The position numbers were made by a program, and so were the translations under genes. The notes below the pieces were generated by a model. That model searched no databases. It was given only the letters and a program-made list of their open reading frames with translations, and had not been told where the DNA came from. Positions 31,286 to 41,827 of a DNA stretch of 64,000 nt are shown here, one piece after another (within the stretch, counting starts at the first letter, position 1; each line of letters begins with the position of its first letter). This DNA is from Nannocystis bainbridge (GTDB lineage: Bacteria; Myxococcota_A; Polyangia; Nannocystales; Nannocystaceae). The stretch spans positions 768,001-832,000 of the forward strand of contig NZ_JAQNDL010000001.1 of the NCBI RefSeq assembly GCF_028368995.1, given 5' to 3'.

Positions 31286-31972
31286 ATGTCCGACGACTTC
31301 GAGCTCCTCGACGCCTGGCGCGGCGGTGACCTGCAGGCCGGCAGCAAGCTGTTCGACCGCCACTTCGAGAGCATCCACCGGTTCTTGCGCAACAAGGTCG
31401 GCGACGACACCGACGAGGTCATGCAGCGGACTCTGCTCGCCTGCGTCGAGACCCGCGACCGCTTCCGCGGCGCCTCGACCTTCCGCACCTACCTGTTCGG
31501 CGTCGCCCGGCTCGAGCTGCTGGCCCACTACCGGCGCCGGCGCAAGCTCAACAACGAGCTCGACATCGAGTCGAAGTCCTTCTTCGACCTCGACCCCTCG
31601 CCGAGCACCGTCGTCGCCAAGCACAACGAGCAGCGGCTGCTGCACGAGGCGCTGCGCCGGCTGCCGATCGACCTCCAGATCGCGCTCGAGCTGCACTACT
31701 GGGAGAACATGTCGGCGACCGAGGTCGCGACCGTGCTCGAGATCCCGTCCGGCACGGTCAAGAGCCGGCTGCGGCGGGCCAAGGAGATGCTGCGCGAGAT
31801 CATGGAGTCGATCACGCTCAGCAAGACCCAGCTCGAGAGCACCATGGGTGACCTCGACGGCTGGGCCAAGCAGCTCGGTGAAACCCTGCGCGAGGGCGCG
31901 GCGGTCTCACGCATGACGGCCAAGGACGACAACGACGACGAATCGCCGTCCGGAGCCGCCGCCGCCACCTGA
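31286..31972 (+). CDS. ECF-type RNA polymerase sigma factor
   Basis: Region 2 FRGASTFRTYLFGVAR; region 4 EVATVLEIPSGTVKSRLRRAK. Confidence 0.92.
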   Translation: MSDDFELLDAWRGGDLQAGSKLFDRHFESIHRFLRNKVGDDTDEVMQRTLLACVETRDRFRGASTFRTYLFGVARLELLAHYRRRRKLNNELDIESKSFFDLDPSPSTVVAKHNEQRLLHEALRRLPIDLQIALELHYWENMSATEVATVLEIPSGTVKSRLRRAKEMLREIMESITLSKTQLESTMGDLDGWAKQLGETLREGAAVSRMTAKDDNDDESPSGAAAAT

Positions 31973-32010
31973 GTTCGGCGCCCTCGCCGCTCCTGACCCG
32001 CGACATCGGC

Positions 32011-33798
32011 ATGACTCGACCGTCCCGCAGCCTCCGGTTCTTCGCCGTCATCGGCGTCCTCTTTACTGCCCTCGTCGCCCTGGCGATGCTGACCGTCTCG
32101 CTGCGTTGCGCCTGCGGCGGGCCCGGCGTCCCGGTCAAGACGGTGCTCGAGATCGACTTCGAGCGGCCCTTCCTCGAGCACCAGGCCGCCGACCCGGTCG
32201 CGCGCGTGCTCGGCGGCGGCGGGCCCACGGTCGACGACCTCGTCGCCGCGCTCGAGAAGGCCCGCACCGACGACCGCGTGGTCGGCCTGGTCGCCCACGT
32301 CGGCGGCGCCGGCTCCGGCTTCGCCCGCACCCAGGAGCTGCGCGACGCGATCGCCGGCTTCCGCGCCAGCGGCAAGTTCGCCGTCGCCTTCTCCGAGACC
32401 TTCGGCGAGTTCGGGCCCGGCAACCAGGGCTACTACCTGGCCACCGCCTTCGACGAGATCTGGCTGCAGCCGTCCGGCGACGTCGGCCTCAACGGCCTGA
32501 TGATGCAGGGCATGTTCTTCCGCGGCGCGCTCGACAAGCTCGACATCGCGGTCCGCATGGACCACCGCCACGAGTACAAGAACGCGCTCAACCAGTACAC
32601 CGAGCGGGCCTTCACCCCGGCTCACAAGGAGGCCAGCCAGGCTGTCCTTTCGAGCATGTTCGATCAGCTCGTCGCCGGCATCGCCGAGGGCCGCAAGCTC
32701 GCGCCCGAGGCCGTGCGCGCGCTGGTCGACCGCGGGCCGTTCCTCGGCCCCGAGGCCCACCAGGAGGGCCTGGTCGACAAGCTCGGCTACCGCGACGAGG
32801 TCATGGACGCGGTCAAGGCCCGCGCCGGCGACGGCGCCGAGCTGCTGTGGCACGACCGTTACCTCGACCGCGCCGGCCGCCCGTGGACCCGCGGGGCCCG
32901 GATCGCCGTGGTCTACGGCCTCGGCCCGGTCCAGCGCGGCGAGAGCAGCTTCGACCCGCTGTTCCGCGAGGCCACCATGGGCTCCGACACCGTCGCCGCG
33001 GCCCTGCGCGCCGCCATCGACGACCGCGAAGTCAAGGCGATCGTGTTCCGCGTCGACAGCCCCGGCGGCTCCTACGTCGCCTCCGACGCGATCTGGCGCG
33101 AGACGGTGCGGGCCAAGCAGGCCGGCAAGCCGATCATCGTCAGCATGGGCAACGTCGCCGGCTCGGGCGGCTACTTCGTCGCCATGCACGCGACCAAGAT
33201 CGTCGCCCAGCCCGGCACCATCACCGGCTCGATCGGCGTGCTCGGCGGCAAGATGATCACGCGTCAGCTGTTCGAGCGCCTCGGCGTCACCTACGACGCC
33301 ATCGGCAGCTCGGCCAACAGCGACTTCTTCAGCGAGACCCACGACTACAGCGCCCACGGCTGGCAGCGCTTCCAGGCCTGGCTCGACCGCGTCTACGTCG
33401 ACTTCACCAGCAAGGTCGCCGAGGGCCGCGGCCTGCCGATCGAGAAGGTCCGCGAGATCGCCAAGGGCCGGATCTGGACCGGCGCCGACGCCAAGCAGCT
33501 CGGCCTCGTCGACGAGCTCGGCGGCTGGCCGGTCGCCCTGCGCCTGGCCCGCGAGTCGGCCGGCCTGGCCGCCGACGCCGACATCGAGCTCAAGGTCTAC
33601 CCGGCGGAGAAGGGCCTGCTCGGCGCCCTCCTCGGCGGCGGCCACGGCGACAACAGCGAGTCGGTCGAGGCCCGCGTCCAGCTCACCATCGGCCTGGCCG
33701 ACGAGCTGCGCCCGGTCGCCGCCGAGCTGCGCGCCCTCGGCCTCGGCCCCGGCGCCCACGGCGTGATGAGCACCCTGCCGGTCGCCGTCGGCGAGTGA
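32011..33798 (+). CDS. sppA: Signal peptide peptidase SppA (protease IV, 67K type)
   Basis: YYLATAFDEIWLQPSG, EYKNA, RVDSPGGS, SMGNVAGSGGY, TGSIGV, GLVDELGG. Confidence 0.95.
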   Translation: MTRPSRSLRFFAVIGVLFTALVALAMLTVSLRCACGGPGVPVKTVLEIDFERPFLEHQAADPVARVLGGGGPTVDDLVAALEKARTDDRVVGLVAHVGGAGSGFARTQELRDAIAGFRASGKFAVAFSETFGEFGPGNQGYYLATAFDEIWLQPSGDVGLNGLMMQGMFFRGALDKLDIAVRMDHRHEYKNALNQYTERAFTPAHKEASQAVLSSMFDQLVAGIAEGRKLAPEAVRALVDRGPFLGPEAHQEGLVDKLGYRDEVMDAVKARAGDGAELLWHDRYLDRAGRPWTRGARIAVVYGLGPVQRGESSFDPLFREATMGSDTVAAALRAAIDDREVKAIVFRVDSPGGSYVASDAIWRETVRAKQAGKPIIVSMGNVAGSGGYFVAMHATKIVAQPGTITGSIGVLGGKMITRQLFERLGVTYDAIGSSANSDFFSETHDYSAHGWQRFQAWLDRVYVDFTSKVAEGRGLPIEKVREIAKGRIWTGADAKQLGLVDELGGWPVALRLARESAGLAADADIELKVYPAEKGLLGALLGGGHGDNSESVEARVQLTIGLADELRPVAAELRALGLGPGAHGVMSTLPVAVGE

Positions 33799-33912
33799 CC
33801 TGTCCTTCGGGACACACTTGAAAATCAGGCGTCGCGGCGCGAGGGCTGTCCTGCGGGGCAGCCCTTTCCCGTCGCGCAGGCGAGCCGAGCCGCCTGTCCT
33901 TCGGGACACCTC
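33796..33912. repeat. Three single TGTCC-N4-GGACA-type units
   Basis: TGTCCTTCGGGACA at 33801 and 33895; TGTCCTGCGGGGCA at 33847. Confidence 0.8.
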
Positions 33913-33999
33913 GCCCGCCCGCTTGCGCCCCCCGCCGCCATGCGTACGGTTCGATCGGCCCGGCGATGCGCCGGACGAACCCACAGGAGGGGAAGACCC

Positions 34000-34254
34000 A
34001 TGTCGGCCGTGCTCGCCTTCACCGCGCTCCTCGGACTGCTCGCCCCCGAATCGCCGCCGCCCGCCGAGCCCGAGCTGCCGAAGCGCGGCCCGCCGCTCGC
34101 CACCGACTGCGCGACCGACTGCGACGCGCGCTGCACCTGGGACGTCTGCCCGCACCCGCTCGGCTGCTTCGCCGCCCTCGACGAGGCCTGCCACACCGCC
34201 TGCCTGACCGAGAAGAAGGCGCAGTGCCCCAGCGAGCTGACGATCCCGCCGTGA
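34000..34254 (+). CDS. Small secreted Cys-rich protein (8 Cys)
   Basis: AGGAGG RBS before ATG 34000, hydrophobic N-terminus, CxxxCxxxC pattern. Confidence 0.7.
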   Translation: MSAVLAFTALLGLLAPESPPPAEPELPKRGPPLATDCATDCDARCTWDVCPHPLGCFAALDEACHTACLTEKKAQCPSELTIPP

Positions 34255-34256
34255 CC

Positions 34257-34390
34257 AGGCCTGTCCTTTCGGACATATCACAAAAGCGCCGCCCCGAAGG
34301 CCAGGCCCGCCGTGCGCGCGGCGAACATGTCCTTCAGGGCAGCAAATCAAACCGCGCGAATCGACGGACCTGTCCCTTCGAACAGCGACC
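34257..34390. repeat. Three single TGTCC-N4-GGACA-type units
   Basis: Core pairs at 34260/34274, 34326/34340 and 34369/34383. Confidence 0.7.
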
Positions 34391-34487
34391 GACAAAAGAC
34401 CGTCCTGAAGGGTGAGCCCGGCGATGCAGCCCGCTCGCCGGGCCCCCCTTCAGGACGGCTGAGAATCCTCCAGTCCCGCAGGGCAGC

Positions 34488-35960
34488 TCAGCGCCGGCGC
34501 CGACGCCGGACCGCGAACGCCCCCAGCAGCGCCAGGAGCCCCGCCCCCGAGCCGGACGACTGCGCGCAGCCGCAGCCGTCGTCGCTGTCCTGCTGGCCCC
34601 ACCCGGGCGGGAACAGCGGCCCGGGCGGCACCACGGGCCCGCCGCTGTCGGTAGCACCGGCGCCGCCGGCACCGCCGGTCGAATCGTCGGCCCCGGTCGA
34701 ATCGTCGGAATCGCTGTCGCCCTCGCCCTGCGAATCACCGGACGTCGACCCGGTCGACTCGCCGCCCTGCGGCTCGCTCTCACCGGTCGAGCCGCCCGGC
34801 TCGCCGCCAGGCATCGGCTCCCCGCCGCCGTTCGGCGCCTCGCCGGTGTCGCCCTCGCCGGGCTCGCTCGCGGCGACGACGGTGAAGCACACCGGATCCG
34901 ACATCACCACGTTGGGCTCGTCGTCACGCGCCTCGGCGGTCAGACAGAACGAGCCCTCGGGGAAGTTGGCGTCCTTCCATTCGTACGGCGGCGCCGTCAC
35001 CGGCGCGGCCTGGTCGACGCCGTCGACGTAGAGGTCGACCCGGGCCACGCCGACGTTGTCGCTGGCCTCGACGGTGATCGTCACCGCTGCCGGCGAGACG
35101 AACTCCTGGCCGTCCTGCGGGCTCGTGATCGCCACCGTCGGCGGGGTCGGGTCGGGCTCGTTGGCGCCGAACAGCCACATCAATTCGGCGTGCGAGTTCT
35201 GGCCCTTGTCGCAGAACTGCTTGTGCTGGGCGCCGCAGTGGACCTGCACCTTGGTGTCGAGCTTGAGGCACTCGTCGCGGAAGCTGGGGTCGCCGCCGGC
35301 GTTGTAAGGGTTCATGATGTCGTCGGGCTCGTTGACGTGCTCGAGCCCGTACGCGTGGGCGATCTCCTGGCTCATCGTCGTCGCCTGGGTCGCCGCCGAG
35401 TACTTGTCCTTGGCGCTGTGGAACGCCAGCACGACGTTGGAGGCGACCTTCTTGTCCTCGCAATCGAGCATCGCCACCCCGAGCACGCCGCCGCCGAACA
35501 CATTGGTCGGCGAATTGACGCACATCGTGTATTCGCCCTGGTCCGGCCGCTCGTCGGTGATCACCACCTTGTACTTGGCCCAGTCGGCCTTGACCGCCTG
35601 CAGCGAGGCCGCGCGCTTGCTGCCCTCGCCGTACGGCGCGTACTCCCCCGCGAACTCCTTGAAGGCGCTCTCGTCCTTCTTGGCGTCGTCCTTGCCCGTG
35701 GCCTTGAGGGTCACGCCGTCGTAGTTCAGGAAGAACACATTGGTCTGGGCCTGCCCGACGGCGCTCGGCGGCACGTTGGCCTTGAGGCGCGTCGTCCCCT
35801 GCGAGGCCGGCGGCAGCAGCGGAGCGGCGCGCACGCCGGTCGGCTCCGGCTCCGCGGCGGCGGATTGCACATACGGCGCCGCCCCCGCAGCATTGCTCAC
35901 GAGACATGTCGCAAAGGACAGGACGAACATGCGCTTCCGGCGATCGGTGGTGAATGTCAT
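34488..35960 (-). CDS. Metzincin-like protein with Ig-like domain and MYXO-CTERM-type anchor
   Basis: QEIAHAYGLEH plus Met-turn DIMNPY; Ig-like PTVAITSPQDG...DNVGVARVDLYVDG; C-terminal GCGC-TM-RRRRR. Confidence 0.85.
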   Translation of the reverse strand: MTFTTDRRKRMFVLSFATCLVSNAAGAAPYVQSAAAEPEPTGVRAAPLLPPASQGTTRLKANVPPSAVGQAQTNVFFLNYDGVTLKATGKDDAKKDESAFKEFAGEYAPYGEGSKRAASLQAVKADWAKYKVVITDERPDQGEYTMCVNSPTNVFGGGVLGVAMLDCEDKKVASNVVLAFHSAKDKYSAATQATTMSQEIAHAYGLEHVNEPDDIMNPYNAGGDPSFRDECLKLDTKVQVHCGAQHKQFCDKGQNSHAELMWLFGANEPDPTPPTVAITSPQDGQEFVSPAAVTITVEASDNVGVARVDLYVDGVDQAAPVTAPPYEWKDANFPEGSFCLTAEARDDEPNVVMSDPVCFTVVAASEPGEGDTGEAPNGGGEPMPGGEPGGSTGESEPQGGESTGSTSGDSQGEGDSDSDDSTGADDSTGGAGGAGATDSGGPVVPPGPLFPPGWGQQDSDDGCGCAQSSGSGAGLLALLGAFAVRRRRRR

Positions 35961-36285
35961 GTGCCTCACTCCGTTACGACATTTCACATAGGCAATTCAT
36001 GCCACCGTGCTCAAGCCTTATTTTCAGCGGCGCATGGACGATTCGCGCGGTGCGGACATTCCGCCGGCGCACCGCGAGCCCCGAGGCGTGTTGGAGGGAA
36101 TTGATGCATCCGTGTGAGGCTGCGCAAGTTCTTGCGCGCCGCTCGCCGCGCACGGCAAGTTCCGCACAGTCAACGCGCCGCACGCGCGTTGACAACGTCA
36201 ACCACGCACGGCGCGCCTGAAGCCGGCAAAAACTCGGGCCCGCCGCGGCTGCGCGGCAGGCCCGGGCGGTCGCTCCTCGCCGCGC

Positions 36286-37698
36286 TCAGCCGCGCCGGCG
36301 CCGCCGGACCAGCCCGAGCGCCACCAGCACCAGCAGCCCCGCCGCGCCCGGCCGGGCCGGCTGGGCGCAGCCGCAGCCCGTGTCGCCGCCGTCCTGGCCG
36401 AACCCCGGCGGCAGCGCCGAGCTGTCGGACGACGGCAGCAGGCCGCCGTCGTCGCCGCTGTCGCTGCCCGGCTCCGGCTCGGGCTCCGGCTCACCGGTCT
36501 CGAGGCCACCGGTCTCGCCGCCGGTGGTCGGCGGCTCGCCGGTGGTCGGGTCGGGCTCGCCGCTGGTGCTCGAAGGCCCGGTCGTGGTGCCCTCATTCTG
36601 CTTCACCACCGAGAAGCAGACCTCGGCCGACATCGTCGAGTTGGGCTCGTCGTCGATCGCCTGGGCCGCCACGCAATAAGTCCCCTCGGGGAAGGCCGCG
36701 TCGGACCACTGATACGGCGGCGTCGAGTCGGGCACGCCTTGATTGGCGCCGTCGATGAAGAGGTTGACCTCGGCGACCCCGATGTTGTCGTTGGCCTCGG
36801 CGGTGATCGTGATCGTCGCCGGGGCGACGAACTGATCGCCGTTCTTCGGGTTCGTGATCGTCACCGACGGCGGCGCCGCGTCCGGGGTCGCGCTGCCGAA
36901 CAGCCACAACAGCTCCTGGTGCGAGTTCTGCTGGCCGTTGTTGCAGAACTGGTTGTGCTGGGCCCCGCACTGGATCGGGTTGCCGCCGCCGTCGAGGTTC
37001 AGACACTGGTCGAGGAAGCTCGGATCGCCGCCCGCGTTGTACGGGTTCATGATGTCGTTGGGCTGATTGACGTGCTCGAGCCCGTACGCGTGGGCGATCT
37101 CCTGGCTCATCGTCGTCGCCTGGGTCGCCGCCGAGAACTGATCGTTGGCGCTGTGGAACGCCAGCACGATGTTGGCCGCCATGTTGTCGTTGCAATCGAG
37201 CGGCGCCACCCCGAGCACGCCGCCGCCGAACACGTTCGTCGGCGAATTGACGCACATCGTGTAGAGCCCGCCGCCGGGCCGCACGTCGGTGATCGTCACG
37301 TCGTACGGGGCCCAGTCGGACTTGACCGCCTGCAGCGAGGCGGTGCGCTTGTTGCCGGCCCCGTACGGCTGGAAGTTGGCGGCGAACTCGGCGAACACCG
37401 TGGTGTTGGTCGCCGAATTGTCCTGCCCGCCCTGCTGCAGCGTCACGCCGTCGTAGTTCAGGAAGAACACGTTGGCCTGCGCGTGCCCGGCCGCGGTCGC
37501 GCGCGTGCGGTCGGCCAGGTCGAGCCCGTCCTGCGCCGGCGGGACCATCGGCGTCGCCCGCCAGGCCGCCGGCTCGGGCGCCTCCGGCGCAGCCGTTGGC
37601 TGCACGAACGGAGCGGCGAATGCGCTCGGAGTCAACAGGCACACCCCGGCGGCGACGGCCACGGACTGCGATCGGAAGGCGGCGAACGGCAGGATCAT
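36286..37698 (-). CDS. Paralogous metzincin-like protein with Ig-like domain and MYXO-CTERM-type anchor
   Basis: Same architecture; long segments identical to 34488-35960 (NVFFLNYDGVTL, SAATQATTMSQEIAHAYGLEHVN). Confidence 0.85.
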   Translation of the reverse strand: MILPFAAFRSQSVAVAAGVCLLTPSAFAAPFVQPTAAPEAPEPAAWRATPMVPPAQDGLDLADRTRATAAGHAQANVFFLNYDGVTLQQGGQDNSATNTTVFAEFAANFQPYGAGNKRTASLQAVKSDWAPYDVTITDVRPGGGLYTMCVNSPTNVFGGGVLGVAPLDCNDNMAANIVLAFHSANDQFSAATQATTMSQEIAHAYGLEHVNQPNDIMNPYNAGGDPSFLDQCLNLDGGGNPIQCGAQHNQFCNNGQQNSHQELLWLFGSATPDAAPPSVTITNPKNGDQFVAPATITITAEANDNIGVAEVNLFIDGANQGVPDSTPPYQWSDAAFPEGTYCVAAQAIDDEPNSTMSAEVCFSVVKQNEGTTTGPSSTSGEPDPTTGEPPTTGGETGGLETGEPEPEPEPGSDSGDDGGLLPSSDSSALPPGFGQDGGDTGCGCAQPARPGAAGLLVLVALGLVRRRRRG

Positions 37699-37925
37699 GG
37701 GGTTTGTCCAAGTTCCACCCTAGGCAATCCCTCGCCTGGCCTTCAAGCGCTAATTTCGACGGACGGCTGCAGAGAATCTGCGCCCGCGGACGCCCGGACA
37801 GCGGTCCGGGGCCCCCACGGCGCTCGCCAGGCGCGTGACGCTGCGCATGCAACGATGCCCCGCGGCCTGACGCACCCGGTTGGCACTGCCCGCACTCGCG
37901 CGCGTCGGCTACATTCACGGCCCGC

Positions 37926-38903
37926 ATGGTCGCCCGCCCCAGCGCGCAATCCACCCCCGCCGAGGTCCTCGTGCTCGGCGGCGGCGTCGCGGGCCTGACC
38001 ACCGCGCTGTGCCTGCTGCGGGCCGGAAAGCGCGTCCGCGTGGCCGCCCGGGCCTACCTCGCCGGCACCACCTCGGCCGTCGCCGCGGCCTTCTGGTACC
38101 CCTATCGCGCCTATCCCGAGGCGATGGTGGCACCGTGGGCCCGCGTCAGCTACGCGCGCTTCGCCGAGCTCACGCGCGCCACCCCGGAGGCCGGCGTGCT
38201 GCGGCGCGAGACCGTCGAGGTGTTCCCGCAGCCGGCCTCGCCGCCCGCCTGGGCCCTCGACCTGCCCGATTTCGAGACCTTGCCCGCGGCCGCCCTCCCG
38301 CCCGGGTACGGCGCGGGTTATCGATTCACCACCTTCGTGATCGAGACCACGATCTACTTGCCCTGGCTCATGCGCCAGGTCGAGGCGGCCGGCGGCGAGC
38401 TGACGACCCGCGCCTACGCGAACCTCGACGAGGCCGTCGCCGACTGCCCCGACGTCGTCGATTGCACCGGCCTCGGCGCCCGCGAGCTCGTCCCCGATCC
38501 CTCGGTCTACGCGGTGCGCGGTCAGGTCGTGAGGGTCAAAAACCCCGGGCTTTCTCGCGTGTGGATCGACGAGCACAGCGGCGACGGGATCACCTACATC
38601 GTGCCGCGCAGCGGTGACGTCGTGCTCGGCGGCACCGCGGACGAGCACGAAGAAGACACCACGCCCGACCCCGGCCGCACGCCCGCGATCGTCGAGCGCT
38701 GCGCTCGCCTCGAGCCGGCGCTGCGCGGCGCCGAGGTGGTCTCGGTCGTCGTCGGCCTCCGCCCCGTGCGCCCGACCGTCCGCCTCGAGGCCGAGGCGCG
38801 CCCCGGCGGCCGCATCGTCCACAACTACGGCCACGGCGGCGCCGGCGTCACCCTCTCGTGGGGCTGCGCCGAGGCGGCCGCTCAATTGATCCTCCACACC
38901 TGA
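37926..38903 (+). CDS. D-amino acid oxidase family FAD-dependent oxidoreductase
   Basis: [48 protein letters not shown]. Confidence 0.92.
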   Translation: MVARPSAQSTPAEVLVLGGGVAGLTTALCLLRAGKRVRVAARAYLAGTTSAVAAAFWYPYRAYPEAMVAPWARVSYARFAELTRATPEAGVLRRETVEVFPQPASPPAWALDLPDFETLPAAALPPGYGAGYRFTTFVIETTIYLPWLMRQVEAAGGELTTRAYANLDEAVADCPDVVDCTGLGARELVPDPSVYAVRGQVVRVKNPGLSRVWIDEHSGDGITYIVPRSGDVVLGGTADEHEEDTTPDPGRTPAIVERCARLEPALRGAEVVSVVVGLRPVRPTVRLEAEARPGGRIVHNYGHGGAGVTLSWGCAEAAAQLILHT

Positions 38904-38913
38904 CCTTCAAGCC

Positions 38914-39819
38914 ATGTCGCAAACGCTGACCCACCTGCGCCAGCTCGAGGCCGAGAGCGTCCACATCATCCGCGAGGTCGCGGCCGAGTTCGAGCGGCCG
39001 GTCCTCCTGTTCAGCGGCGGCAAGGACTCGGCCTGCATGCTGCACGTCGCGCGCAAGGCGTTCCACCCCGCGCCGCTGCCGTTCCCGCTGCTTCACATCA
39101 ATACGACCTGGGACTTCCGCGAGCTGCTCGAGTACCGCGATTGGTTCGCCGCCACCCACGGCATGAACCTCATCGTCTACACCAACGAGGCGGCGCTGGC
39201 CGAGGGCATCAACCCGTTCGACACGCCGACCCCCAAGTACAGCGCGGCGATGCAGACGCAGGCGCTGGTGCAGGCGCTGCGCCAGGGCGGCTACGACGCC
39301 GCGTTCGGCGGGGCCCGCCGCGACGAGGAGAAGGCCCGCGCCAAGGAGCGGGTCTACTCGTTCCGCAACAAGCAGATGCAGTGGGACCCGAAGAACCAGC
39401 GGCCCGAGCTCTGGAACACCTACAACGGCAAGGTCAACCCGGGCGAGAGCATCCGCGTGTTCCCGCTGTCGAACTGGACCGAGCTCGACGTGTGGCTGTA
39501 CATCCACCTCGAGCAGATCCCGCTGACCCCGCTCTACTTCGCCAGCGAGCGGCCCTGCATCGAGCGCAACGGGGCCATCATCGCCGTCGACGACGCCCGC
39601 ATGCGGCTGCTGCCCGGCGAGGTCCCGCGCCCGCGCACGGTCCGCTTCCGCACCCTCGGCTGCTACCCGCTGACCGGCGCCGTCGAGAGCCCCGCCGCCA
39701 CGGTGCCCGAGATCATCGAGGAGATGCTGGTCGCCACCCACTCCGAGCGCCAGGGCCGCCTCATCGACTACGACGAGGCCGGCAGCATGGAGCAGAAGAA
39801 GAAAGAGGGCTACTTCTAG
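38914..39819 (+). CDS. cysD: Sulfate adenylyltransferase subunit 2
   Basis: [51 protein letters not shown]. Confidence 0.97.
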   Translation: MSQTLTHLRQLEAESVHIIREVAAEFERPVLLFSGGKDSACMLHVARKAFHPAPLPFPLLHINTTWDFRELLEYRDWFAATHGMNLIVYTNEAALAEGINPFDTPTPKYSAAMQTQALVQALRQGGYDAAFGGARRDEEKARAKERVYSFRNKQMQWDPKNQRPELWNTYNGKVNPGESIRVFPLSNWTELDVWLYIHLEQIPLTPLYFASERPCIERNGAIIAVDDARMRLLPGEVPRPRTVRFRTLGCYPLTGAVESPAATVPEIIEEMLVATHSERQGRLIDYDEAGSMEQKKKEGYF

Positions 39820-39883
39820 CCCTGTCCTCCGGGGCATGTCCAAGCGGGCATGCCCCCCGGGACATGCCCTTTCGGACATGTCC
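39820..39883. repeat. 14-bp-period TGTCC-N4-GGACA array
   Basis: Cores at 39821, 39835, 39849, 39863, 39877, directly after the cysD stop codon. Confidence 0.92.
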
Positions 39884-39976
39884 CGACAATTGTCCCTCTG
39901 CATGCTCGTGGACACGGAGCGCGGGATGACGGTGCCACGCCGATGGCGTATGGCGGCTTCAGGGGCGCCGCCCGAC

Positions 39977-40570
39977 CTACAACGCCGTGCCGGGCGGTCG
40001 CCGTGCCACCAAGTTGAACACCTCGGTGCCGAGCGCGATCTGCGTATCGATCGCGGTGATCAAGTCTACCGTCGGGATCAAGATGCCCTGCGTTCGAATG
40101 GTGTGGGTGTCGCGATATTTTTGGCGAATGCTGGCCAAGTTGTCGTCGACATAGCCGTAGAGCGCCTGCGCCTGATCGACACCTTCGAAGTAATTCGGTG
40201 ACCTTGACGCCGCATAATATCCATTGTACGGCTCGGGGAACGTGCCGAGGACCGACACTTCCGTGCCGCCCTCGGCGGGCTCGAGGAGCAAAAACAGCTG
40301 CTCACCGCCATTCGTGCACAACAGTGCGTATTTGCCGGCGGTGAGGCGCGCACGGACTTCTTCGAGTTGCAACACGATGTGGCTGAGATAGCCAAAGCTG
40401 TTGATGTCGTCGTTGAAGACGGGCGGCAGCATGTCGAACATCAAGACCGTGCGATCGAGCCGCGGCGTCCACGGCGGCCGGTCTCGCAAAAACGCCGCGA
40501 GCGTCATTGCACTCGGCGGCGGAAATGCATCGCGTTCGTCGTCTGGATCGACCACATAGAGCGTCAACAC
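39977..40570 (-). CDS. Hypothetical protein with lower GC content
   Basis: GGAG RBS before GTG 40570; globular sequence with many A/T-ending codons. Confidence 0.65.
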   Translation of the reverse strand: MLTLYVVDPDDERDAFPPPSAMTLAAFLRDRPPWTPRLDRTVLMFDMLPPVFNDDINSFGYLSHIVLQLEEVRARLTAGKYALLCTNGGEQLFLLLEPAEGGTEVSVLGTFPEPYNGYYAASRSPNYFEGVDQAQALYGYVDDNLASIRQKYRDTHTIRTQGILIPTVDLITAIDTQIALGTEVFNLVARRPPGTAL

Positions 40571-40861
40571 GGCATTTCTCCACGATGTGCGCGCCGCGCT
40601 TCGGTCGCTTGTTCGGTGTCGATGCCCATCGCTGCCTCCTGCGTACGGCCCGACGGTAGCATCGAACGCGGCGGTCAGAAAATGAACCCCCATCCCCGCG
40701 CTCTCCCCCGGCCTCACCCGGCCGTCAAGCGCGGCGGAGGCCAGCGGGCGGACCAGGGTGGCCCGCACGTGGGCCGGGTGACGCTCGGGCGCGCCCCCCT
40801 TCGTCGCCCCTCGCCCACCGCGCTCCGGCCGCGCCGCGACCGAAGTGTTAGGCTCGCCGCG

Positions 40862-41557
40862 ATGCGTCGCGTCGTGTCGGTCTTGATTGCCGTGTTCGTG
40901 ATCCTCGTGTTCCTCGGCACGATCGCATTTGCGATCGTCGCCCAGATGACCGACACGCCGCTCGAGCCCGCATACACGTTGATGCGCTTGCAGGCGGTGT
41001 GGGACGACGGCCGCTACGGCCTGAAGTACACCTTCGCCCTCACCTGGTTCTGCACCCTGTGCGCGCTGTTCGGCCCGCTCGGCCTGATCTCGATCAGCGT
41101 CGGTCCCGTGCGCAACGCCAGGTCGATGCCCGCGATGCCCGCGTGGCCGCGGCTCGAGTGGACCCGCATGCGCGAGGGCGCGCGGGCGCGCCTCGGCTTC
41201 GCGCTGACGGTCGTGAGCCTGCTGTTCGCCGGCGGGTGCCTGCTCGACCCCGAGATGTTCACGCCGGTCGGCTTCCTCGCCAAGATCTTCCTGATCTTCT
41301 TGCCCTTCACGCTGCTCGCCGGACCGGCGCTGCTGCTCGACGTGATCCTGCCCGCCAGCGTGCTGCGCGGCCCGATCACCGCGCTCGAGCGGGTGCCCGG
41401 CGCCACCGCGCAGCAGGCCGCGCAGCAGTTCGTCACTCTCGGCGAGCAGCGCATCGAGCTGCCCGCCGCGCTGTGGGAGCAGCTGAAGGTCGGCGAGGTC
41501 ATCGCCCTGCGCCGCAGCGGCGGCTTCGAGCGCGTGCTCGAGCTGGCGCGCGAGTGA
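40862..41557 (+). CDS. Hypothetical membrane protein
   Basis: Four hydrophobic helices and a short soluble C-terminal domain. Confidence 0.75.
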   Translation: MRRVVSVLIAVFVILVFLGTIAFAIVAQMTDTPLEPAYTLMRLQAVWDDGRYGLKYTFALTWFCTLCALFGPLGLISISVGPVRNARSMPAMPAWPRLEWTRMREGARARLGFALTVVSLLFAGGCLLDPEMFTPVGFLAKIFLIFLPFTLLAGPALLLDVILPASVLRGPITALERVPGATAQQAAQQFVTLGEQRIELPAALWEQLKVGEVIALRRSGGFERVLELARE

Positions 41558-41827
41558 CCTGGCGCTCACAGCGAGCGTCGCCCTGCAACGGCAGCGCATC
41601 GCCGCCGACCGGCACGAAGCCGTTCTTGTGCAGCACCTCGCGGATCTGCAGCGGACCCAGGGTGAACGCTCGCCCGGCAGGGGCGCTCACCCTCGGTCAT
41701 CAAGCTGGCCTGCAAGACATCCCCCGCGGTCAGAGAGTCCTCGGCCCAGCGTCGGCGGACGGGCGCGCGCACGCACGCCCTCCGCGGCGCAGGGCGAGCG
41801 TGCAGCGGCACGCTCGCGGCCGAGCCC

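Noticed and set aside
41558-41827. Possible small gene fragment between convergent genes
   Set aside because: Short overlapping ORFs with no recognisable homology; cannot be supported.
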